From the NCBI RefSeq assembly GCF_009914755.1, contig NC_060947.1: a stretch of 64,000 nt of DNA, one strand, 5' to 3'. The DNA is from the human T2T-CHM13v2.0 reference genome, Homo sapiens. Below, one piece after another: positions 25,303 through 39,558 of the stretch; position 1 is the first letter of the stretch, and every line of letters starts with the position of its first letter. The position numbers and the translations under genes were made by a program. The notes beneath the pieces are model-generated. The model saw only the letters and a list, made by a program, of their open reading frames with translations. It had not been told where the DNA came from and did not search any database.

Positions 25303-25691
25303 GATTATTAGCTGCAGAAAAATTTTGCTTGAATAACTAAATGACGGAAGGGAGTTGCAAACAGTACTACATTCTTCCTCACATTGAGTTCAAGGGCATC
25401 CTGGAAAACTGGCAAAAGAAACAGCTGCACGTTCTTTCCAGAACACTGCCCTGTCTTTATTCCTGCCTTTCCTATTTGGATATCTGGAATGCTTTTCCTC
25501 CTTCCTTTACCAGCAAGGGGAACTGATCTAGCTCAAATGTCATATAACATATGAAATATACCCCTAGCTTTTCCCCATGTGCATACCTCTAATATTGTAC
25601 TTCCTATATTGCGTTATAGCATTTGGTATCTGTCTTCTTTACCAGTCTTGGAATGCTTGAAAAACAAGATTTTTGCCTTCTTTACATAGAT

Positions 25692-25858
25692 ATTTCATTT
25701 CAACATGTACTCAATAGAAAAAGTTATTTATGAGATAACCTTACATTTTTGAATGTGTGTATTTTACATTTCTAGCACATCTCAATTTGGATTATCCATA
25801 TTTCAAGTGTTTAATAGCTGCATATAGCTAGTAGATACTAGATTAGACAGCAAATTTC
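25692..25858. mobile_element. MER3-like hAT-Charlie MITE
   Basis: 'gtgtgtattttacatttctagcacatctcaatttgga...tttcaagtgtttaatagc...gctagt...tagacagca'. Confidence 0.75.
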
Positions 25859-25869
25859 TAAGTATCCCA

Positions 25870-26430
25870 TCCTCTATATTCTCATAACACTTTATGCATA
25901 TCTCAATTAGATCAATGAAAACAGATTATATTACAAATTATTTGTTTATGTGTTTTTTATGAGCATTTCTAGGGTTAGGATTTTGTCTTATTTGTCTTTG
26001 TATCCCCATTCCCTGATGTAGTGCTTAACAAATAGTAAGTGATCAACTAATAATCATCAAATGGAGTATAGTAGCTATTATTATTGAGCAACTACTAAGT
26101 GTCTGAGATGTTATATATTTCTTTTACTCATTGCAAAATCTTGATTGGTCAGTAGTTATCCCCAGTTTACAGATAATACAATGCAGACTCAGAAAGTTTA
26201 AACAGCATACATAAAGTTAAAAAGTTCTAAGTAGCAGAGCTGGGATTGTTGAGTCCTTCTAGCCCTAAAATTGGAACATGATTCTCATCAGTGCATGTGG
26301 GTTTCATCCCAGCTTTATTTCTAATTGGATGACCTTTGACATATCACTGAATCCTTTGAGCCTCAGTTCCCTGTAAGTAAAACAAAGAACTGCGATAGCT
26401 AATATCTAGGGTCTCTTTTTGTTTAGGATG
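25870..26430. mobile_element. L2 3' end (+) followed by MIR fragments (-, then +)
   Basis: 'ttgtcttatttgtctttgtatcccc...aatagtaagtgatcaa'; 'atccccagtttacagataa...gcagagctgggatt'; 'gagcctcagttccctgtaagtaaaa'. Confidence 0.6.
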
Positions 26431-27067
26431 CTGTAATTGTCATTGAGCCTAAATTTCTCCACATCTAAGCTGTTTTCCGAAGTATAAAATGCCTTCCAAG
26501 TTAGGCATACTTATGCCACGTCAAAGAGTGACTATATATTCACCTGATTTTATTGTAAGAGATAGATAAAAATAAAATTAAATTTTTATAAATAGAATTC
26601 TGTTTTTTAATCCTGCATGAAAAAATAAAAGTTGTTTTATTGGCATTCTTACTTGATTCTAATGCTTTAACACTGGTGTCCCCATTTAATTAATTTGAAG
26701 ACCCTTAATGAACTTCGTGAGGATATGCCTAATTTCAACAGATAAAACACTAATTTTTCCCTGAATATTTTCCATCCAGTTCTTAAGATCTTTCTTCCAC
26801 TAGCTAACATTTATAAACAAGGCTCAGAGTCACTAAAAGATAGTTATCTCTGGACTTGCCTTTACATCTAAATAAAATCAAGTGGGAATATCTTCTAGAT
26901 TAACTTCCTCATTGAACTAGGGCACCTCAAAATTTCTTCTGGCTTTAACTTCATATGAGTTTTTACTACATATTGTGTAATAATGACTAAATCTTCAAGA
27001 CTTTCTGAAAGTGGAACTCATAGGCAGTTAATGATGAGGGATGTAACTGCGCTCTACAGTTCTAAAG

Positions 27068-27245
27068 CAGGGATTAGTAAACTAAACCAGCCTGATGTCC
27101 ATGTTCATAAATAAAGTTTTATTGGCACAAAGCCATGCCCAGTTGTTTGTATATTTTCTATAGTTGTTTTCAGGGTATATATGGCTGGTAAACCTGCAAA
27201 TATGTATTACCTGGTCCTTTACAAAAAACAAGTTGGTTGACCCCT
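27068..27245. mobile_element. MER58A (hAT-Charlie)
   Basis: 'cagggattagtaaact...taaataaagttttattggcacaaagccatgccc...ctggtcctttacaaaaaa...gacccct'. Confidence 0.8.
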
Positions 27246-27464
27246 ATCTAGAGCACATTGATTTGGTCTGCTAAATACCTGTGGGAACAATCTCTGCCAT
27301 GAGGTACATCAAGATTCTGAAGTCACCTGTTTCTCAGGAAGAGTTCATGAAAAATCCAGTTGGAATCCAAGTCTAGCAAAAATTTGAAACGAAGAAAGAG
27401 ATAGTTATCTCTGAACCTGCATTGCTAGATGATAAAGTTATCTAATGCCAGTTCAGATGTAGAT

Positions 27465-27695
27465 GGGAAACAGTGTGCTGCAGTGGTCAGAAGGGGTTCA
27501 ATTCCAGGATTGTCTACTTATCGCTTCCGTGGCTTTAGGTAAGTATGATGATTTCAGAAAGTCTTCCTCCTTGTCTTTAATTATAACATATGGCTGATGA
27601 TAGTACATACCTACTGGGGTCTGTATGAAACCTAAATGAATTAATACATGCATAGACTTAGAATTGAGCCCGGCGTTAAAAGAATGTTAGCTTTT
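27465..27695 (+). mobile_element. MIR SINE
   Basis: 'gggttcaattccagg...tacttatc...tagtacatacctact...taaatgaattaatacatg...aatgttagct'. Confidence 0.7.
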
Positions 27696-28165
27696 TGTAG
27701 GCAGCTTTTTCAAAGGAACCAAAGCATACCAGGAAAATACTTTTTCCCTGAAGCTATTCTAGATTGTAATTTAAAGGATGAGCTAAAGCCACCTCCACCA
27801 AGACTGTTTATTTTCCTTATCATGTGGAATCCTATGGTGACATCACACAAGAGAAAATACATTTCTATGAGAAAAAATTGTTTGGTAGGACTCTATTTGT
27901 TTATTATTAAAACATGTTCTGATGATGCTTTAGCTTCCATAGCCAGAGAGAAGTCATATACAAACCAAAGCAAATCAGCAAATTGTGAACATTATTTTCT
28001 GAACACGATACATTAGGAAGCATATGTTGTTTGACAGTTCCCAAGTCTTTGGGACTCCAGGAGAGGCATCCATCATCTTGCAGGAAAAAATGAAACTATA
28101 ACATGAAGGAAAACATTACTATTTAAGTGTTACCAGTGCTAATTATTGTTTTGGTTTGAAGGATC

Positions 28166-28623
28166 GTAGCAGCTGCTGTTAGTGCCCTGCCCACATCCCC
28201 TCAACACTGATATATGTGTGTGACAGTTTGACTTTCAACTGCCAGCACCTGTGATTTTTAGGGATCTCTCTGGCCACTGAGGCCCCTCTGTCCACCTACA
28301 TACAGTAGGCAAGACATGCCAAAGAATTAAGATTGCCTGGGAGCAGCTCTCAACCAATGTCTAATGGAAATCGGTGGACAGATAATAACCCAGCTCTCTC
28401 ATTTTTCAGATGTGCTATTTTGAGGTGTGTGTTCTACGCCGGCCTTCAGAGCTCCTCAGTGGGATTAAGTTCCAGTTCATTATACACACTTTCTTGGTTT
28501 TCTTCTCTGTCATGTATAACTTCTCTCTCCCCTTCAAATATTTCCTGAGACCACTTCCCAAATACACAACTTGTACATAAGTCATTATTTCAGTCAGCTT
28601 CTGGGGGAACTGATATGAAGACA
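28166..28623 (+). mobile_element. ERVL solo LTR (LTR16-like)
   Basis: 'gtagcagctgctgttagtgccctgccc...ttcaactgccagcacctg...gagcagctctcaaccaatg...cttcccaaatac...gcttctgggggaac...aagaca'. Confidence 0.8.
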
Positions 28624-28736
28624 AGATGGTAGCCAGCTGTACAGTTTTAAACTGTATTTTACTGTTATGTTTCCTTTAGTATTCACAGAAGAACTCACAG
28701 CACACGATTGAATAGATTAACTATATAATGACCAAC

Positions 28737-29652
28737 TATTTTATTTTACTTTAAGTTCCAGGATACACGTGCAGAACGTGCAGGCTTGTTACATAGGTAT
28801 ACATGTGACATGGTGGTTTGCTGCACCTATTGACCAGTCCTCTAAGTTCCCTCCCCTCATCACTCCCAAACCCCCAACAGGCCCCAGGTGTGTTGTTCCC
28901 CTCCCTGTGTCCATGTGTTCTCATTGTTCAACTCCCACTTATGAGTGAGAACATGCAGTGTTTGGTTTTCTGTTTCTGTATTAGTTTGCTGAGGATGATG
29001 GCTTCCAGCTTCATCCATGTCCCTGCAGAGGACATGATCTCATTCCTTTTTATAGCTGCATAGTATTCCATGGTGTATATGTGCCACATTTTCTTTATCC
29101 AGTCTATCATTGATAGACATTTCGGTTGGTTTCATGTCTTTGCTATTGTAAATAGTGCTGGGATAAACATACGTGTGCATGTGTCTTTATAGTAGAATGA
29201 TTTATATTTCTTTGGGTATATGCCCAGTAATGGGATTGCTGGGTCAAAAGGCATTCCAGGCTCCAGATCCTTGAGGAATCGCCATACTGTCTTCCACAGT
29301 AGTTGAACTAATTTGCATTCCCACCAACAGTGTAAAATCCTTCCTATTTCTCCACAGCCTCACCAGCATCTCGTTTCTTCACTCTTTAATAATTGTCATT
29401 CTGACTGGCGTGAGATGGTATCTCATTGTGGTTTTGATTTGCATTTCTCTAATGATCAGTGATGTTGAGCTTTTTTTCATATATTTGTTGGCCATGTAAA
29501 TGTCTTTTTCTGAGACGTGTCTGTTCATATCCTTTGCCCACTTTTTGATGGGGTTGTTTTTTTCTTGTAAATTTAAGTTCCTTGTAGATTCTGGATATTA
29601 GACCTTTGTCAGATGGGTAGATTGCAAAAATTTTCTCCCATTCTGTAGGTTG
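28737..29652 (-). mobile_element. 5'-truncated L1PA8-like LINE-1
   Basis: 3' end 'ctttaagttccaggatac...cctctaagttccctcccctc'; ORF 28928-29110 is the ORF2p C-terminus; TSD core tgaccaac at 28729-28736 and 29651-29658. Confidence 0.95.
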
Positions 29653-29848
29653 ACCAACAACATTTTTTTTTTTTTTTTTACCATAAAAGCAGTAGATTGC
29701 TATACAGCAACCAATTGGGTCAATTTTCACACACTCAAGATAAGTGGAAATGAAGACGCAGTATGGTGGACATAAAGTTTAGGTTCAATTAGGAAAAGGC
29801 TTTGAAAAATTTGAAATCTTTTCCTAAAGTGAAGTATAAACCTGTTGA

Positions 29849-30215
<367 letters not shown>

Positions 30216-30307
30216 AACTTTCTATGTTGGCTCTTATTAGCTTGCTTTCAATTTTTGAAACAAACCCAAACCAACCACATGTTTATAGCTATAGAAAAGA
30301 TATTGAG

Positions 30308-30470
30308 CAGGGTTTCTTAATCCTCAGTCTGTTGACAGCAATGCTTCATAGCTAAGCTTCAGGGGATTGATGAAATCCCTGGGATTCCCTGATAAATGGG
30401 ACCATACACATTTTTCTGAAGAAAGCTTCCTAATCTTCTTAGATTCTCAAAAGTATCTATGACCCAAAAT
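30308..30470. mobile_element. MER103-like hAT-Charlie
   Basis: 'cagggtttcttaatc...cttcagggg...cacatttttctg...agattctcaaaagtatctatgacccaaaa'. Confidence 0.55.
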
Positions 30471-31751
30471 ACACAGGAGAGGATAACCACAGTAAAGACA
30501 CCAGAGTTAATTAGCAAAGGCCTTTAGATACATCCTGAAGGAAATCGTTGACAATTTTAAAACATTAATATTAAAGACCTTTGTTCTGGTTATGGCAGAA
30601 TTATAGCTATCAGACTTACCTTCTCATCATAAACAACTATTGACTGAGTAAAATATATGATGCAAGTGGTCTAAGGCAATAGACAAGGCAGGGTTTTGAT
30701 CTTTGAGGAAAAAAATTACATGAGGTAGGATTCATATTTGCTTTACTTTCTGCCTGGGTGAACTTTCCAAACCATAGCCCAAGAAAGTAACCTAGAGAAT
30801 AACAGTCTTTCTGGGCTCAGGAAACAGAGATCAAATTTCTGGATTGGTAAAATGCCTGGAATTTACTGGAGAGAGGGACCTGAGCAGAACAGGAGCTTCA
30901 GAAATCTGAATAAGTTGACCCCTTGAGTGTTTGGTCAAATACTAAGCTGCACAGGTCAAGACTGGGAGGTCTGGCAGAGAATGGCTGCTGGGGATGTGGG
31001 AGATAGAAGAGACATAGGAGGTCCAGCCAGCCAAAATGAAGAGATATCACTCAATATCTTGGTCATTCAGTTGAGATCCTGGAAAGATCATACCTTGGGT
31101 TAGGGCTGCTTTAATCCTAGAGGAAGGACTACTATAAGTTCACTATAAACAAGTCTACAATCTAGCCTCAGTAGGTTAAAGCTGATCCACAAGAAAGTAC
31201 TTGCTGGCCCAGATAAAATCCAACACACTTTATGGGAAGACAACTGGATTCATACTTTCAAAAACACAGCATTCATGATGCTCAGTACATATTTAAAAAG
31301 TTACAGTATGTGTGAATAAGCAGAAAAACATAAAACATAATCAGGAGAAAAAGCCAGAGATCACACAGATTCTGGAATTAGCAGGCAAGGTTTATGAAAT
31401 AGCTATTACAAATATAAATATTAAGAAAAAATGGGCACAGCGAGAGAACGTGGGGAATCTCAGCAGAAAAAGATCAAACTATAAGAAAAAAGTAAATAGG
31501 AATTCTAGAATTAGAATGTATAACAGCTTAAATGAAAAAATTTCTCGATGGGCTTAACAGCAGAAGAAAAAACCGTTGCATTTTAAAATAGATTAATAGA
31601 AACTATCAAAACTGAAGCATCAAGAGAAAAACAAAACCAAAAAATAAAATACCTGCTGCATAGGGGTTGACCTGTGCAACAATACCAACAGGTATAACAA
31701 TATGTATTTTAATTAAAAGAAAATAGCATAATTGGGGAAGAACAAATATTT

Positions 31752-32973
31752 CTATTTTCAAATTTTTTATGTTGGCAGATAATATATGTTTTTTGTCATG
31801 TACAACATGATGTTTTGAAGTACATATATATTGTGGGATAGTTAAATCCACCTAGTTAACAAATGCATTACCTCACATAGCATTTTTGTGGTAAAAGCAA
31901 ATAGCATTCACTGTCTACATTTTTCAAGAATACAATATATCATCATTAACTATAGTCACCTTGATGTACAATAGATCTCTTGAAACTTATTCCTTCTGTT
32001 TAACTGTAATTATGTATTCGTTGGTCAATGTCACCTCATCTGCCTCTTCCTTCTAACAAACCCAGCCTCTGATAACCATCATTCTACTTTCTGCCTATAT
32101 GTGATCAACTTTTAAAGTTTCCACATATGAATGAGATCATGTGATATTTGTCTTTCTGCGCCTGGCTTGTTTCATGACATAATGTCCTCTGGGTTCATCC
32201 ATGTTGTTGCAAATGGCAGGATTTAAGTCTTTTTTTATGGCTGCTAGTATTCTACTGTGTATATGTGCCACATTTTCTTTGTCCATTCATCCATTGATGA
32301 ACACTTGGGTTGATCCCATATCTTAGCTATTATGAATAGTGCCGTGATAAACATGGGAGTGCAGATATTTTTTCAACATATTTCAATTTTGTTGGATATA
32401 TAACCAGTGATGGGATTGCTCAATCATAAGGTATTTCTATTTTCAATTTTTCGAGGAACCCCTATACTGTTTTCCACAATGGCTGTACTACATTCCTACC
32501 CACAGTATGCAAGGATTCACTTTTCTCCACATCCTTTCCAGCATTTGTTTTCTTTTGTCTCTTTTTGATAATGGTCATTCTAACTGGGATGAGGTGGTAT
32601 CTCATTGTGGTTTTGATTTGCATTTTCCTAATGATTAGTGATGTTGAGCATTTTTTCCATATTCCTTTGTGGCCATCTGTATGTCTTTTTTTTTTCTGAG
32701 AAATATCTGTTCAGGTATTTTGCCTGTTTAAAAATCAGGATATTTGTCTTTTTGCTATTATGCTGTTTGAGTTCCTTATATATTTTGGATACTAATCCCT
32801 TGTCAGATGTATAGTTTGCAAATATTTTCTCCCATTCTGTAGGTTGTCTTTTTGTTCTGTTGATTGTTTTCTTTGCTGTACAGAAGTGTTTTAGTTTGAT
32901 GTAATTCCATTTGTCTGTGTTTGCCTTTGTTGCCTGTGATTTTGAGGTCTTAGCCAAAAAAAAAAAAAAATCC
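31752..32973 (-). mobile_element. L1MA5-7-like 3' fragment with perfect 20-bp TSD
   Basis: 'gtacaacatgatgttttgaagtac...gcattacctcacatag...tacaatagatctcttgaa'; ttggggaagaacaaatattt at 31732-31751 and 32974-32993. Confidence 0.93.
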
Positions 32974-33619
32974 TTGGGGAAGAACAAATATTTGAAGAAA
33001 TAATTGTTCCTCAATATTAAACTTGTTGAAAAAGATTAACTCACAGATCTTAGGAACTCCAATGCCTCAAGAAGATGAACCCAAAGAAAACCACATCCAG
33101 GAAAATTGTAATCAAATTTCTGAGAACCAAAGATAAAGAACAAATTAAAAAGTCATCCAGAGAAAAAAGACACATTACACACATGGGAATGGCAATAAAA
33201 GTAATGACTGATACCTTATCAGAAACAATGCAAGCCACAGAAAATAAAATGACATATGAAGTGTCGAAAAGCAAAACTTTCAACAAATCAATATTCAGAG
33301 ACACTTTTCCCCAGAAAAGAAAGAAAAATAAGGACTTTTCAGATTGAAAGCTAAGAGAATTCATCATAGCAGAGCTGCATTTAAAAATTTTTCAAAGCTG
33401 AAGGGAACTAGCTACAGATGAAAAGTCAAATCTACCTAAAGTAATGAAGACAGCCAGAAATGATAAATATGTTAGTAGATGTAAAATACTTTTTAAAAAT
33501 AATTTCTTAATTTAAGAGAGAATTGACTATTTAAGGCATAAATGATAGCAATGTATAATTCATGGATTGGAAGGCTCAATATTGCTAAGATTTTAATTCT
33601 CTAAATTTATCTATATATT

Positions 33620-34049
33620 TGCTATGGTTTGCATGTTTGTTTGCTCCACAATTCATGTTGAAACTTAATCCCAAACGTGGCAGTATTGAGTGGTGGGGCC
33701 TATAATAGGTGATTGGGTCGTGAGGGGTCTGCTCTTATGAACAGATCAATCCATTCGAGGATTAATGAGTTAATGGATTAATGGGTTATCATGGAAGTGG
33801 GACTTGTTGCTTTATAAGAAGAGGAAGACAGACCTGAGCTAGCACGCATAGTCCCCTTGCTATATGATGCCTGATGGCCTGTGCCACCTGCAGACTCTGC
33901 AGAGAGTTTCCATTAGCAAGAAGGCCTTCACCAGATGTGACCCCTTTACCTTGGATTTATCAGCCTCTGTAACTGTAAGAAATACATTCCTTTTCTTTAT
34001 AAATTACTCTGTTTCAGGTATTATAAGCAACATAAAACAGACTAAAACA
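33620..34049 (+). mobile_element. MST (MSTC/D-like) MaLR solo LTR inside L1 ORF2
   Basis: 'tgctatggtttg...ttcatgttgaaacttaatccc...gattaatgggttatcatggaagtggga...actgtaagaaatacattcc...gactaaaaca'. Confidence 0.9.
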
Positions 34050-34299
34050 AAGTTCAATTCAATCCCAATAAAAATCCTAGCAGATTTCTATGTAAGAATT
34101 GTGAAACCTTTTCTAAAATATGTATACAAATGCAAAAGACCTAGATTAGCTAAAATAATCTTTACAAAGAAGAATAAATTTAGAGGATTTACACTTCTCA
34201 ATTTTAAAAATTACTACAAAGCTACAGAAATCAAGAGTGTGATATTGGCATAAAAATAGACAAATCAATGGATCAGAATAGAGTTCACAAACAGACTTA

Positions 34300-36011
<1,712 letters not shown>

Positions 36012-38156
36012 AGTTAAAGCTGTAGAGATTCTAGAATAAAACAATAGAAAAATATCTTTGTGACATTTGGAGAGGCAAAGGTTCCTCACACAGGACACAG
36101 AAAGCACTAAGCATAAAAGAAAAATAATTGATAAATTGAACTTAAGGTCAAAAAGCTCTGCTTATCAAAAGACAATGTTAAGAAAATGAATAGGCAAGCC
36201 ACAGACTGGGAAAGCATATTTAACAAACATATATCTGATAAAGAACTAACATCTAGGATCTATAGCGGACTCTTATAACTCAAAATTAAATGACTAGCAA
36301 CTAAATTAAAATGGTTAAAGATTTAAATAGACAATTCAGAGGAAGAACATATATGACTGGCTAATATGCACCTGAAAACTTGGTCAATATCTGCAGTTAT
36401 CAGGAAAAAAATACAAATTACATCTACATTGAAATACTACCACGTACTCACTAAAATTTGAAGAGGGCATTGTGCAACTGAACTTGCATATGGTTTTTAT
36501 GAGTTTGTGAAATGATATAATGACTTTATAAAACTGTTTGGCAGTTTCTTATAAAATGTATACGTACCCTATGACCCAATAATCCAATTCCTAGGTTTTT
36601 ACTCAAATGAAAACAGGTTCACAAAATAATTTGTTCAGTAATGTTCATGGCAGCTTTATTTATTAGAGCCTTAAACTGGGAAACAATCAAAGGCCCATAA
36701 ACAAGAAAATGGCTAAAAAATTGTGTTATATTCACACAACAGATTACTAACCAGGTATAAAGAGGAATGAATAACTGATATAGAGAACATAGACGAATAT
36801 CAAAACCATTATGTTGTATGACAAGGGCCAGATGCAAAAGAGAACATACTATATCATTCTACTCGTATCATGAAGTTACAGAATAGGCCTACATAATCTA
36901 TCAGAATATTAATCACAACAGAGGTTGCTTCTGGGGGCCCATGCTGATTGATTGATTGAAAAGGGCATGAGAGAATATTCTGTGGTCATGCTAATGTTTT
37001 ATATCCTGATAAGTGTTTGGGTTATGCAACTGTATGCATTTATCAAAACTCATCGAAATATAGTCCTAAAATCTGTGCATTGCGCTGTGTGTAAATTGTA
37101 TCTCAATTTAGAAAAAGGAAAACAAATTAAGCAGAGTTCTTGGTTAATTGCATACTTCCTCTGCAGATATTTTTTTCTGTAACAAAGGAATTGAATGAGC
37201 AACACCTTGTCTCTAATTTATGCAGTTCTGTGTGCTAAGTATAAGTAGACTATGAAGACAAATAATACACAGCCTTTGTCCTCAACTTGCTTATATGCTT
37301 ATAACCTGGGAAGGGGAAAGTTGAGCAAATATTATGGAAGAAAAGGAAATATAGCACTGCAATATTTCCCTGACAGCTGTGAGCCCAGGCACCACTACAG
37401 CCGGAACTCTGCTTGGCCATAGAGAGTATTAATTAGGTTTAGCTTTTCACCAGCTTAGCAGTGAAAGGGCCATGGTGATTAACGGGACTAATTAGGCCAG
37501 CCCCAAGGGCAATATCTGCATGTAAATATAATAGAATTATTCTTTATGCCTCTCTAGCATGTCACCTTATATTACTATTGTGAAGTGTTTGGGGCATTTA
37601 ACTTAATCACTTGTCTAGACTTGTCTTCAAGATAGACAGGCTTTTCAGATTTTATTGTCGTTTTTACCAAAAGCAGAAAAATCAGATTCACTCCAGGTAG
37701 AGGCAAAAGCAAAAGGGAAAATGTTTCCACAATCTGATCTCAAAAGAACCCAGGGAAAATGTCACATGTACCACTGTTATGAATTCAAAACCTGTCAGGA
37801 AAGCTCACAAAACAATGCCTCTTTAAATTCCCACTAGTCTGAAACCTTATGCCGTTGATTTCAAAGTCTTTATTAAATCAAGCCCCTATCTTTCTGCAAT
37901 GGAAATGGTTTATAACAAATTTGAGATCCCATAAGTAAAAATGGTCAAAATTCCGTGCGTAATAATCTATAATCCAACCCTGAGGTTTTGATTGCTCTGT
38001 GCAGAAGCTGAGAAAGATTTTCTGCTGCTGATGGATGTCCCTAGTGATGATGTAACTATGGGGGTGAGTAGAGGTAGGTGAGCAGAAATACAATGAAAAT
38101 ATACTAATGTTAGTGGTAATAGGAGTATAAACATTACTTTTTAAATATTTTTCATT

Positions 38157-38180
38157 TGTATCCCGGAACTTAAAATAAAA
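38157..38180 (+). mobile_element. 24-bp L1PA 3'-terminal micro-insertion
   Basis: tgtatcccggaacttaaaataaaa matches an L1PA8-type terminus; flanked by taaatattttt(c)att at 38142-38156 and 38181-38194. Confidence 0.7.
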
Positions 38181-38275
38181 TAAATATTTTTATTGTGAAA
38201 TAAAACACATATACAGAAAACCACACAAAATAAGTGTGTACTTAGTGCATTATCATAAGGTAAACATGATTTTAA

Positions 38276-38683
<408 letters not shown>

Positions 38684-38779
38684 TAATCGCTTTTAAAAAA
38701 TTTATTTACACTTCCATTATGCAATTGGCATGCCTGAAAACTATAACTTAGTGCTACCTACTTTTTAAAAAAAAAAATT

Positions 38780-38920
38780 GGCTGGGCATGGTGGTGTGTG
38801 CCTGTAGGCCCAACTACTTGGGAAGCTGAGGCAGGGGGATCCTTTGAGTCTAGGAATTCAAGTCCAGCCTGGGCAACATAATTAGATCTTGCTGCTTAAA
38901 GTAAAAATAATAATAAATAA
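38780..38920 (+). mobile_element. Free Alu monomer (FLAM-like)
   Basis: 'ggctgggcatggtggtgtgtgcctgtag...gagtctaggaattcaagtccagcctgggcaacata' followed by an A-rich tail. Confidence 0.85.
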
Positions 38921-38936
38921 ACTGTCTTTTTAAAAA

Positions 38937-39558
38937 TTATACTTTAAGTTCTGGGTTACACGTGTGAAACATGCAGTTTTGTTACATAGGTATACATGTG
39001 CCCTGGTGGTTTTCTGCACCCATCAACCCATCACCTACATTAGGTATTTCTCCTAATGTTATTCCTCCCCTAGCCTCCCACCCCCCCGACAGGCCCTGGT
39101 GTATGATGTTCCCCTCCCTGTGTCCATGTGTTCTCATTGTTCAACTCCCACTTATGAGTGAGAACATGTGGTGTTTGCTTTTCTGATCTTGTGATAGTTT
39201 GCTGAGAATGATGGTTTCCAGTTTCATCCATGTCCCTGCAAAGGACACAAACTCATGCTTTTTTATGGCTGCATAGTATTCCATGGTGTATATGTGCCAC
39301 ATTTTCTTAATCCAGTCTATCATTGATGGGCATTTGGGTTGGTTCCAAGTCTTTGCTATTGTGAATAGTGCCACAATAGACATACGTGTGCATGTGTCTT
39401 TATCGTAGAATGATTTATAATCCTTTGGGTATATGCTCAGTAATGGGATTGCTGGGTCAAATGGTATTTCCAGTTCTAGATCCTCCAGGAATCACTACAT
39501 TGTCTTTCACAATGGTTGAACTAATTTATACTCCCACCAACAGTGTAAAAGCATTCCT
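38937..39558 (-). mobile_element. 5'-truncated L1PA6/7-like LINE-1
   Basis: 'ttatactttaagttctggg...cctacattaggtatttctcctaatg'; ORF 39141-39383 is the ORF2p C-terminus. Confidence 0.95.
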
